Positions 17,901-25,168 of a DNA stretch of 64,000 bases are shown here, one piece after another. The stretch's first letter is position 1. Each line of letters starts with the position of its first letter. The notes beneath the pieces are model-generated. The model was not told where the DNA came from. It ran no database searches and saw only the letters and a program-made list of their open reading frames with translations. This DNA comes from Verrucomicrobiota bacterium. Its GTDB lineage: Bacteria; Verrucomicrobiota; Verrucomicrobiia; Verrucomicrobiales; Verrucomicrobiaceae. The DNA is taken from NCBI GenBank assembly GCA_963204975.1, contig CAUJJC010000275.1, positions 5,893 to 69,892 on the forward strand, in the 5' to 3' direction. Both the position numbers and the translations under genes were made by a program.

Positions 17901-19242
17901 CAAGGCCATCTCGATCCGCATCAATGTGACAGGTGCCGCAGGACATCGTGCCATTGCCGCTCAGACGTGCATCGAAGAGAAAGCCACGCCCGTCCTTGAT
18001 CTCCATGGGAGTCGGATCATGTGAGCCATTTTTCACTTCGCTCGACACCGTCAGCGTGTTCGTATCCACGACGCTGATCGTGTTGGCTAACTTGTTCAAA
18101 ACAAAGAGCCGACTGCCCGCCTCATCCAGTGCCAACCCGCGAGGACCGCGCATGTTCTTGGTGCTGCCACTCGTGCGCACATCCACACGCGAGAGCACTG
18201 CGCCCGTCGCTGGATCAATCTTCGCCACACGATCCGATGCGAACGCTGCCACCCAAGCCGAAGCACCATCGCTGCTAAAGATCATGCTCATCGGCTGAGC
18301 GAGCGCGGTTGCCTGAGCTGTCTGGTTTGGCAGCGTATTGTAGTCCACGCCAGGATTCAAATCGAAGGGCGTCGTTGTCGCTGTGGTCAAGGCAATGCGA
18401 GTGACGCGATTGTCCGCGAAGTGGCCGTTGAGCATCGGTTCGAAGCGCGTGCGATTCAGCGCCTCCGTGTTTGGAATCCAGAGTTCTTCAGTGCCTGGTC
18501 GCACTGCGACATCGAACAAGTTCGTGCCCACATCGCTGAGGTAGCGAGTCACGGTTTGCGTCGTTGTGTCGATCTCAGCGACGTCGTTATCGAGCACGGT
18601 GTAGCTGATCCGTGAGTCACTCGCATCCACGATCAGAGCCGTCTTCGGAGGCGCGGGCAGATTTGCATTCGTTGGTGCGGGCTGATCGGGCGCTAGGCTC
18701 GCAGGCAGCACGGTGGTGCGATTACCAGAGAAAAGGAAGGCAGCGAAGAGCTTGGTTCCGTCCTCGCTCACGCACAGAGCGCGTGGATAGTCGCCCGTCA
18801 GTGTGATGGTGCCGAGATCAGCACGCGTGCTAGCATCAAAAACTCGAATCAAACCAGCACGAGCGCACGAGATAAACGCCTTCCCGTTCGCGAACACCAC
18901 ATCCGCCGGTTCATCGTTCACCTTGAGAGTGGCGATCACGCTGCCTGATGAAAGCGATACGACCGTCACCGTGTCCGACACTTCATTCACCACCCAGGCT
19001 TCGTCATTGGTGCGAGCACGCACGCTGACGGGATCAAGACCCACGGGCACCTCGGCGGTCAGAGCCATCGTTGAGGCATTGAAAATGGAAAGCCGTGCAT
19101 CTGGCGAATTGATCGCGAGCAGCTTCGAGTTGTCAGGCGTGAGCGCGATGGGATGCACCTGACGTGCTTCGAAGTGCGTGAACGTGGACTGCGCTGCGAG
19201 CGATGACGCGAGCGTGATACTGAGGACGAAGATGCGTAGCAT
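14971..19242 (-). CDS. Giant secreted protein B: YVTN-type beta-propeller + di-haem cytochrome c peroxidase/MauG-like domain + Ig I-set repeats + cadherin-like Ig + shared C-terminal module
   Basis: Start set at ATG 19242 (MLRIFVLSITLASSLAAQ signal peptide). Two CXXCH motifs (SCGTCH, HCALCH) plus FHWRGDKPTLQ (CCP-like). DHDGDGVLDGDE Ca-binding-like motif. HYQWKRG and SYQWLKNG Ig repeats. Confidence 0.85.
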   Translation of the reverse strand: MLRIFVLSITLASSLAAQSTFTHFEARQVHPIALTPDNSKLLAINSPDARLSIFNASTMALTAEVPVGLDPVSVRARTNDEAWVVNEVSDTVTVVSLSSGSVIATLKVNDEPADVVFANGKAFISCARAGLIRVFDASTRADLGTITLTGDYPRALCVSEDGTKLFAAFLFSGNRTTVLPASLAPDQPAPTNANLPAPPKTALIVDASDSRISYTVLDNDVAEIDTTTQTVTRYLSDVGTNLFDVAVRPGTEELWIPNTEALNRTRFEPMLNGHFADNRVTRIALTTATTTPFDLNPGVDYNTLPNQTAQATALAQPMSMIFSSDGASAWVAAFASDRVAKIDPATGAVLSRVDVRTSGSTKNMRGPRGLALDEAGSRLFVLNKLANTISVVDTNTLTVSSEVKNGSHDPTPMEIKDGRGFLFDARLSGNGTMSCGTCHIDADRDGLAWDLGDPGGDMATALAINAVIHDSKTRTRTMHPMKGPMVTQTLRDLQSSAPFHWRGDKPTLQSFNGTFENLMGGELQTSEDMDLLAGYLFSLVLHPNPNRTLERSLPTTFNGASPSTGRDLFNLHINHCALCHELPRGSNNNIDLPQEVGRVQPIKNPSLRLVYQKQKFDPRAGNTSVSGFGMLSDGTGFALPTVHPYVLDSLTTPADFANMTAFMMCFDTGVGLIVGYGPTVTATNKSDTGVLADIALLEARAATGETSVIARGLIGGQQRSLLWTGTNYKFDKASNGGVTRTALLAQITGSDSVTFMGVLPGMGEVMSIDHDGDGVLDGDEVAGSPMIVRHPKNAGAVTGGSATFTVEATGSGLHYQWKRGTTNVGTDSATLTVNPAVAGTFSVVVSNTNGSATSNTATLTVTAAPTITVHPVSKIVAPNAIATLSVTATGAGLSYQWLKNGNALIGATTATLTMNNVLSTDTGAYSVVISNASGKVTSHVAQLEVPVRPVVNPLNLADARVGENYSKQVTAANNPTSFTISNLPLGLTYNSTTGLIKGNPTTVGTSNVTVIATNAAGPSVQVSDTMEVFGLAAGTVGSYQGVVSRSAVLNDELGGRVTITTTQAGTYTGTLTLGLKSYPLSGTLSPSGLTVDSTASMTIARTGLPALTVNFTVTPGTRALSGSVSDGAATAGFTARQPSTALSSYAGHYTFAMLLKPADQSDDAKPQGHSIGAFKVAGTGVATGLFKLSDATVVTFSNTIEADGSMSMFKLLYANTGSLLGTLNVNPTGGFRMGASVLSWLKKPQPVKSTTRSYKAGFPSLDLEVRGGPYAIPATGSIVMGLTAGPNNAKMTFFGGAAPSPATRLNLNTIELVPGMSVIGKIMAPNPGIVTVTLTPGSGTIFTAGTTGSFTGTFILLDPDTTVVPNKPITRTGVVAGMIVNDGTSTKGYGFYQLPELPALLPVKTTISTSRMLSGSATLEATP

Positions 19243-19292
19243 AGAGTGCTTGGATTTTTGGAGATAGTGATCCCCTGAGTTGAGTTGCTGTT

Positions 19293-19330
19293 GCCCGCCC
19301 GTTGAAACTGACCCGAAACAACGGGCGGGC
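19293..19330 (-). promoter_or_regulatory. Conserved leader hairpin, copy 1 (12-bp stem, 14-nt loop), 51 nt upstream of the protein B start
   Basis: GCCCGCCCGTTG-AAACTGACCCGAAA-CAACGGGCGGGC on the + strand. 35/38 identical to the copy at 24390-24427, including one compensatory pair. Confidence 0.6.
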
Positions 19331-19507
19331 TTTGCAAGGCTCGTGCGAGCGGATACCGGCCGCGCACACAAACCGCGCCCCAGCGCAACCACGAGGGTGC
19401 GTTGGGGTGCAAAGTAGTCTTGGGCTTCAGCCCGTGGGAGCGAGGCAGTCTTGTCAACTGCCTGCGCGCATGTGCATCTGCGAAGGGCGGGAGCCCATCA
19501 CTGTCTG

Positions 19508-19909
19508 TTAAGCCACGAGCATCGCCATGCCGCATCGTGGCGGAGGCGTGGGTGGCATGATGAAAAGCTCGACAGCGGTTTCATCAGCCGCAGCAAAGGC
19601 TTGCTCAGGCAAGGCAGGGGCAATCACAATCATCATTCGCGCCTGGGCGATGAGTTCGATCTTCAGCTTCGCTGATGCTTCCTTAGGGTCCTTCTTTTCA
19701 GATTCGGTGCCCTTCTTGATCGCACAACACATGCGGCACGGATGCTCGCCATCAAAGGTCTGGCTCAGGCCTTCCGTGATGGATCCTTCCTTGATCGAAT
19801 AGGTCACGGCCATGCTCACCCAGGCTGCCGTCTGAAGCACAGCCCACTGCCCACCGATGGAAATCATCAAGGCGGTGAGCAGTAAGAATCTGGCGAAACG
19901 ATGAAGCAC
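19508..19909 (-). CDS. Small membrane-anchored Cys-motif protein (HPCxxCC), unknown family, paralog 1
   Basis: 133-aa ORF. TM helix FLLLTALMISIGGQWAVLQTAAWVSMAV, then FDGEHPCRMCCAIKKGTESEKKDPK and a C-terminal PPRC. About 70% identical over about 95 aa to the 24683-25063 product. Confidence 0.7.
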   Translation of the reverse strand: MLHRFARFLLLTALMISIGGQWAVLQTAAWVSMAVTYSIKEGSITEGLSQTFDGEHPCRMCCAIKKGTESEKKDPKEASAKLKIELIAQARMMIVIAPALPEQAFAAADETAVELFIMPPTPPPRCGMAMLVA

Positions 19910-20107
19910 GCCTTCGTCGGTAAAGTGTTTTCAAGTGCGATGCAATGAGCAAATTGACGCACGTATTGTTCCTCTTGGAGCCATCACTATCTCATCACTG
20001 CATCCGACCACCACACCAGCTGTCATCGATCTCCGCACAGGCCTTTCCAGCTCTATCGAAGTGCGACCAAATGCCGCATCGCCAGCCATCATTCATTTCT
20101 CATTCTC

Positions 20108-21412
20108 ATGAAATCCCTCCTCGCTCTCCTTTTCACCGCCTCGCTCCATGCCGCTGATTTCCACGGCTGGACCGCCGAGAGCCCGCGAGACGAAATCCGC
20201 CCGCAGTTCAGCAGCGGAGCCGACAACACACTCATCATCACACACGACGAGCGCGAAGGTCTCGACGGCTGGTTTCAAATGAGCTTCGAGGTGAAGGGCG
20301 GCACGTTTTACCGCTTCGATGCACGGCGAAAGACCAACGGCGTCACGAACCTGCGTCAGAGCTGCCTCGTGCGCCTTGTTTGGCAGGACTCGAATGGCAA
20401 CGGCGTGAAGCTCGATGCTGCGCCGGAGTATCTCACGCCCGGCCTGCCAATGCCCAGCGCCGAGCCCGAGTATCCCGCCGACGGCCCAACGGACGCCGAG
20501 GGCTGGACCACCGTCAGCGGTGTGTATCGCGCGCCGTCGAAGGCCGCGAAGGCCATCATCGAGCTACATCTGCAATGGGCACCCGGAGGCCGTGTCGAGT
20601 GGCGTGGAGCTTCTCTCGTAGCCACCGAAGCTCCCACGCCGCGCAAGGTGCGCCTCGCCACCATCCATCACAAACCTAGGGGCAAATCACCGCGCGAAAA
20701 CTGCGCTGAGTTCGCACCGCTCCTCGCCGAGGCAGCGCAAAAACACGCCGACCTCGTTGTGCTCGGCGAGACCGTGCCCAGCGCGAATGTGAAGGCAAAG
20801 CCCGAGGACATCGCCGAGCCCATCCCCGGCCCCTCGACCACCTACTTTGCCGATCTCGCGAAACAGCACCGCCTGCACATCGTGCTCAGCCTTTACGAGC
20901 GCGACGCGCACCTCATCTACAACACAGCGGTGCTCCTCGGCCCCGATGGCGCATTGATTGGCAAATATCGCAAAGTCTCCCTCCCGCCTGGCGAGGCCGC
21001 GAAAGGCATCGCGCCCGGCAAGGACTATCCCGTCTTCGACACCGCCTTCGGCAAAGTCGGTCTCATGGTCTGCTACGACGGCTTCTTCCCCGAAGTCGCC
21101 CGCGAACTCACGAAGAACGGCGCAGAAGTCATCGCGTGGCCCGTGTGGGGCTGCAATCCGCTGCTCGCCCAGGCCCGTGCGTGCGAGAACCACGTCTTCA
21201 TCGTCAGCAGCACCTTCATGAAACCGGAGGACGGCTGGATGTATTCCGCCATCTACGACCAAGGCGGCCGCCCCCTCGCCAAGGGCGAAAAATGGGGCAC
21301 CGTCATCATCACCGAAGTCGATCTCAACCAACCCTACCACGGCCCCTACAACCTCGGCGATTTTCATTCGATGATCATGAGGCATCGGCCTCCGGTGCCG
21401 GGTGGGAGGTGA
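20108..21412 (+). CDS. Secreted carbon-nitrogen hydrolase (nitrilase superfamily) with an N-terminal ~170 aa accessory domain
   Basis: Signal peptide MKSLLALLFTASLHA. E-K-C triad context: VVLGE, YRKVSLP, MVCYDGFFPE. Confidence 0.8.
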   Translation: MKSLLALLFTASLHAADFHGWTAESPRDEIRPQFSSGADNTLIITHDEREGLDGWFQMSFEVKGGTFYRFDARRKTNGVTNLRQSCLVRLVWQDSNGNGVKLDAAPEYLTPGLPMPSAEPEYPADGPTDAEGWTTVSGVYRAPSKAAKAIIELHLQWAPGGRVEWRGASLVATEAPTPRKVRLATIHHKPRGKSPRENCAEFAPLLAEAAQKHADLVVLGETVPSANVKAKPEDIAEPIPGPSTTYFADLAKQHRLHIVLSLYERDAHLIYNTAVLLGPDGALIGKYRKVSLPPGEAAKGIAPGKDYPVFDTAFGKVGLMVCYDGFFPEVARELTKNGAEVIAWPVWGCNPLLAQARACENHVFIVSSTFMKPEDGWMYSAIYDQGGRPLAKGEKWGTVIITEVDLNQPYHGPYNLGDFHSMIMRHRPPVPGGR

Positions 21413-21413
21413 C

Positions 21414-22187
21414 TCAGCGCCCGATGAACACCTCAGTGGCGTAGAGGAAGGTGACGCTGCCGTTTTGCTCGTGATTTTCAAACAGACGCCGCAATTCCTC
21501 AATCATCGGCTTGTGCAAAGGATGGCCCTCAGCGGGCGCATAGGAGCAAGACAGCAATCGTCCGCAGAGTCCGGCAAAGTCGAAACCCTGCTGATTGGCG
21601 AAGACGTGCTTCTCAAAGATGCCATCGGTGAAAAAGGTCGTCAGAGCTTCCGCATCGACGTTTTCATGCCGAACCTGCATGTAGTCGGGTGTGGAGTGGA
21701 GCAGCAGGTTCTCGTAGTCGCGGAGAAACGGCGTGCTGGCTGTCTGACGCACATTCCAGATGAAGACGATCCTGCCGTCTGGCTTGAGCAGGCGCGTGAA
21801 CTCGCTCCGTGCCCGTGTGCGGTCGAGCCAGTGAAAAGCCTGGGCGGAGACGATGAGATCCATGCTGTGGTCCGCCAAAGTTGTTTCCTCACCCGAGGCG
21901 GCGATGGAGTGGAACAAGGCACTCTGCCCCAGCATGGCCTCCGCTGCTTCACGCATTTCGGCATTGGGCTCCACCGCGAAGACCTCCGCGCCTTCATCAA
22001 GCAGGAGACGTGAAAAAATGCCTGTGCCAGAGCCGATGTCGGCCACCCGGGCACCTCGTTTCAGCCAGCCTCGGTCTTGCAACAAGGTCAGCACACCTTC
22101 CGGATAGCCCGGACGATATCGCACATAGTCCGCGACCCGGTTCGAGAAGCGTGACGTGGCGTTTGCGGGAGGATGATGCGGAAGCAT
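21414..22187 (-). CDS. Class I SAM-dependent methyltransferase
   Basis: 257-aa ORF with motif I VADIGSGTGIFSRLLL and EVFAVEPNAEMR. Confidence 0.85.
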   Translation of the reverse strand: MLPHHPPANATSRFSNRVADYVRYRPGYPEGVLTLLQDRGWLKRGARVADIGSGTGIFSRLLLDEGAEVFAVEPNAEMREAAEAMLGQSALFHSIAASGEETTLADHSMDLIVSAQAFHWLDRTRARSEFTRLLKPDGRIVFIWNVRQTASTPFLRDYENLLLHSTPDYMQVRHENVDAEALTTFFTDGIFEKHVFANQQGFDFAGLCGRLLSCSYAPAEGHPLHKPMIEELRRLFENHEQNGSVTFLYATEVFIGR

Positions 22188-22623
22188 CGAAAGGTTGCGT
22201 GTTATGTCGTGAATGATTCACAACCGGATTGGACTCTAAGAGTATGTTATTGATCGACTGATTTGCCAACTCTCGAAGCTCTGTTGGTCTTACAGAAAGC
22301 AAAACCCGCATTCGGACGTCGTCGAAATGTGCGTTCTTTTTTTGCGACAAAAGTCGAGGATCGGATGCGCGTTTGATACCAACTCATGGTCCGTCACCTC
22401 GCCCCGCTTGTGCGAGACATGATGATGTGGCTCGAGAGGTGATGAGTCGGCTGCCGGAGGCACGGGCGAAGTTCACGCCGGAGATCGTCGAGGAGGCGAT
22501 CAAGCATGACAGCCATTACCCGGGTAGGTTTCAGACGTTTTTGCCCGTAGAGGTCGGTGACAAGGCTATCGCGGCGCTGAAGCTGCGGGGCTGAAATCAC
22601 GCTGCGAATAAGGCTGTTGCGCC

Positions 22624-22944
22624 TCACTTGCTGACGAGCTTGAAGCTCTGAATGACATAATAGGCAGCCTTCTCACCGAGCGCCTTGATTGCAGACTCTT
22701 TGGTGAGGTTGGGCGAACTGGAAGTGACTTCGAGACGTGGTGCAGCGCCTTCCTTACCCAGCTTGATTTTTACAGACGTGACGCCATCGAGCTTGGAAAG
22801 CGCGGCCTTCACATTGCTGGCGCAGGCATTGCAAACGACTCCGGCGACTTCGCCTTCATAGGTGAAGACGGGTTTGTCCTCTGCGGCGGGGAGGACTGCT
22901 GTAATGGTGACAATGAAAAGGGTGATAATGGTTTTGATGTTCAT
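22624..22944 (-). CDS. Periplasmic heavy-metal-associated (HMA) domain protein, copper-chaperone-like
   Basis: Signal/anchor MNIKTIITLFIVTITAVLPAA. HMA metal site GVVCNACASNVKAAL. Confidence 0.75.
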   Translation of the reverse strand: MNIKTIITLFIVTITAVLPAAEDKPVFTYEGEVAGVVCNACASNVKAALSKLDGVTSVKIKLGKEGAAPRLEVTSSSPNLTKESAIKALGEKAAYYVIQSFKLVSK

Positions 22945-22965
22945 AGGGTTGGATGTGTTTTCAGG

Positions 22966-23661
22966 TTAGAATTCGGGGTGATCAAGCAGGGTGATCACGT
23001 CGCGCTGGAGCTTCTCACTCATGAGTTGAGCGATCTCGCTCTCGGAGTGAAAGACCTCATAGTAGCCGCGCACCCGCCCCTGCCGATCAATGAGCACGAT
23101 GCGAAGATCGTGCTGGTAGAGATCTAGCGGATTGAGCCGCTCATCGAGAGGGATGGGCTTCGCCGGAGCGAGTTTCAACTGGGTGTCCATGAAGCTCCAC
23201 AAGCGCTTCTGCTCGCCCGTCATCAGCCACCAGGGATCTCTCGGCTGGAGGCCGATTCCTTCCGCATAGGTATTGAGGAAGGCAGGCGTGTCGTGCTCAG
23301 GTGCGACGGTGATGGACACCTGATGGAAGTCCGTCCGGGCACCATGTGCGTTCTGGAGCTTCATCATCTGCCCCACCACCGCCGCGCATCCATGCGGGCA
23401 GACGGTGTAAAGGTAGGCACAGGTGAAGACCTTGCCGCGCAGGGCGGAGAGGCGCACCTCGCTTCCATCTCGATTGGTAGCAACAAGGTCGCCAGCAATT
23501 CGCGAATACACTGGCAACTGCCCCACCGGACGTCTCTTGTCGATGAGCCGTCCCGCCACCACCAGCAATGCTAGAATGCCAATGATGACGCCGATCATGC
23601 CGCCCCAGAAGCGCAAGGGCGAAAAGGGCGGCAGGGGCTCGCTTGTGGTGTCCTGATTCAT
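22966..23661 (-). CDS. SCO1/SenC family thioredoxin-fold copper chaperone
   Basis: N-terminal TM helix. FTCAYLYTVCPHGC (CxxxC) and a downstream His (FHQVSITVAPEHD), typical of SCO1/SenC. Confidence 0.8.
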   Translation of the reverse strand: MNQDTTSEPLPPFSPLRFWGGMIGVIIGILALLVVAGRLIDKRRPVGQLPVYSRIAGDLVATNRDGSEVRLSALRGKVFTCAYLYTVCPHGCAAVVGQMMKLQNAHGARTDFHQVSITVAPEHDTPAFLNTYAEGIGLQPRDPWWLMTGEQKRLWSFMDTQLKLAPAKPIPLDERLNPLDLYQHDLRIVLIDRQGRVRGYYEVFHSESEIAQLMSEKLQRDVITLLDHPEF

Positions 23662-24311
23662 CAGCGGTCAGCGATTTTAAGGAGTTCTGCTTCCGTCCAC
23701 ATCGCTGTGCGAGCCTTCTCCACATCGCGGATGGCTTTGACTTCCTCCGGTGTCACAGCGCTAGCTTTGTTGCCCCAGGAGTTACGGACGTAAGTCAGCA
23801 CGTCTGCGATTTGCTTGTCCGACAACGCCGCTCCCTGCGGTGGCATCAGAGGCGCCGCTGTCGCGAAGGGCTTGCCGTTGATCGAGATCGGTCCCGTCAT
23901 CCCGTGAAGCACGTTGCGGATGATGCGGTCCGGCTTCGGAGCGATCACCCAATCGGAACCCGCGAGAGGTGGAAACATATTGGGCATCCCAAGGCCGGTC
24001 GGTTGATGGCAGGCGAAGCACACCAGCATGTATGTCTTCTGCCCCTCAGCCATCTGTGCCGTCAGTCCATCGCCAGCAGGGGCGGAAGATGCCTCAGGCG
24101 ACGCCTCCGAGGCTGGCGTTGCGATTGCGGGCGAGGCCGTTGGGATGGCACTTGCCTGCACGGCTGGTTGCGGATGGCGAAGGTTGTAGCTGGCCTTGAT
24201 GCCTCCCAAGACAAAGGTGATGGGAAAATAGGCGGCACCTACCGCTAAGACGATGGCGATGACTTTATTGATGACTGACCAGGGTGATGAATGGGGTGCG
24301 GATGCGGACAT
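23661..24311 (-). CDS. Membrane-anchored class I c-type cytochrome
   Basis: Start set at ATG 24311 (MSASAPHSSPW..., TM helix VIAIVLAVGAAYFPITFVLGG). Haem motif CFACHQPTG with distal Met context (PLMPPQG). The stop abuts the SCO1 start. Confidence 0.8.
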   Translation of the reverse strand: MSASAPHSSPWSVINKVIAIVLAVGAAYFPITFVLGGIKASYNLRHPQPAVQASAIPTASPAIATPASEASPEASSAPAGDGLTAQMAEGQKTYMLVCFACHQPTGLGMPNMFPPLAGSDWVIAPKPDRIIRNVLHGMTGPISINGKPFATAAPLMPPQGAALSDKQIADVLTYVRNSWGNKASAVTPEEVKAIRDVEKARTAMWTEAELLKIADR

Positions 24312-24389
24312 AAAAAGCGAGTCTTTGATAGAGGTTTCAGATGCGCGAGATGCCTTTATCCGGGCATCGCGGAATGAGGGAAGAGTGTC

Positions 24390-24427
24390 GCCCGCCCGAT
24401 GAAACTGACCCGAAACATCAGGCGGGC
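24390..24427 (-). promoter_or_regulatory. Conserved leader hairpin, copy 2, 79 nt upstream of the cytochrome c start
   Basis: GCCCGCCCGATG-AAACTGACCCGAAA-CATCAGGCGGGC. The loop is identical to copy 1. The flanking GCGGATACCGGCCGC block is also conserved. Confidence 0.6.
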
Positions 24428-24682
24428 TATGCACGAACTCGACTGCGCGGATACCGGCCGCACATCCGAGTCACAGCATCACACAACCATGACGGTGCGT
24501 GATGGTGCAAAAGGGGCGATGACAGGGCCAGAGGGGTCTGAAGTAGTCGCTCGAAAGGCATCACTCAGAGCACGGAACTGCTCATGATCACAAGGGTCCG
24601 ACAACAACCGAACAAATCGTTAGACACCAATGCGAAGTCAAAGATGACCTTCCGCTCTTTGAACAACTAGGCTGGCCCTGCC

Positions 24683-25063
24683 TCAGGCGCAGCGCGGCGG
24701 CTGATGTGGCGGAGCCTCGGCCCTCGCCTGCGCGACTTGAGTTGCAGCACCGTGGTCCACTTCAGCGTCCGACGGTGCGATCACCACGATGGCTCTGCCA
24801 TGCGTGAAAAGCTCCAGCTTCTTCTTCGCGGTTTCCTGTTTCGGATCCTTTTTCTCAGACTCTGTGCCCTTCTTCACCACACAGCAGAGGGGGCATGGAT
24901 GCTCACCATCGAAGGTCTCGCTCAGTCCTTTTGTAAGGGAGCCCGCTTTGATCGAATAGCTGACGGCCATGCTGATCCATGCTGCTGATTGCAACACAGC
25001 CCACTGAGCACCGATGGAAATCATCAGAGCGCTCACGAGCAGGAATCTGGCGAGGCGGATCAC
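24683..25063 (-). CDS. Small membrane-anchored Cys-motif protein (HPCxxCC), paralog 2
   Basis: 126-aa ORF: FLLVSALMISIGAQWAVLQSAAWISMAV, FDGEHPCPLCCVVKKGTESEKKDPK, C-terminal PPRCA. Confidence 0.7.
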   Translation of the reverse strand: MIRLARFLLVSALMISIGAQWAVLQSAAWISMAVSYSIKAGSLTKGLSETFDGEHPCPLCCVVKKGTESEKKDPKQETAKKKLELFTHGRAIVVIAPSDAEVDHGAATQVAQARAEAPPHQPPRCA

Positions 25064-25103
25064 GCCCTGTTGATAAACAGCTTATGAGTTGAGCGCAAGT
25101 CTT

Positions 25104-25139
25104 TCGAAAACAACACAGCCGGAGATTTCTCTCCGGCTG
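25104..25139 (-). terminator. Intrinsic terminator downstream of the glutathione peroxidase gene
   Basis: Perfect 10-bp stem CAGCCGGAGA-TTTC-TCTCCGGCTG (25116-25139), followed on the minus strand by TGTTGTTTTC. Confidence 0.65.
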
Positions 25140-25168
25140 CGCTCAAATAGAGGTGCAGTGTGCGTGAG

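Noticed and set aside
19243-19392. An upstream extension of giant protein B, and the matching extension of the cytochrome c ORF (24312-24434), share a peptide SGQF(Q/H)RAG. + strand mini-ORFs MKLTRN... (19302-19511 and 24399-24587) also recur.
   Set aside because: The shared peptides are just translations of the conserved leader hairpin. Signal peptides or TM helices begin at the internal ATGs (19242 and 24311).
22373-22594. A 73-aa + strand ORF (and a 77-aa minus-strand ORF at 22394-22627) in the orphan spacer.
   Set aside because: No motifs, no convincing start context, and the two overlap each other. They could be remnants. Support is insufficient to call either a gene.
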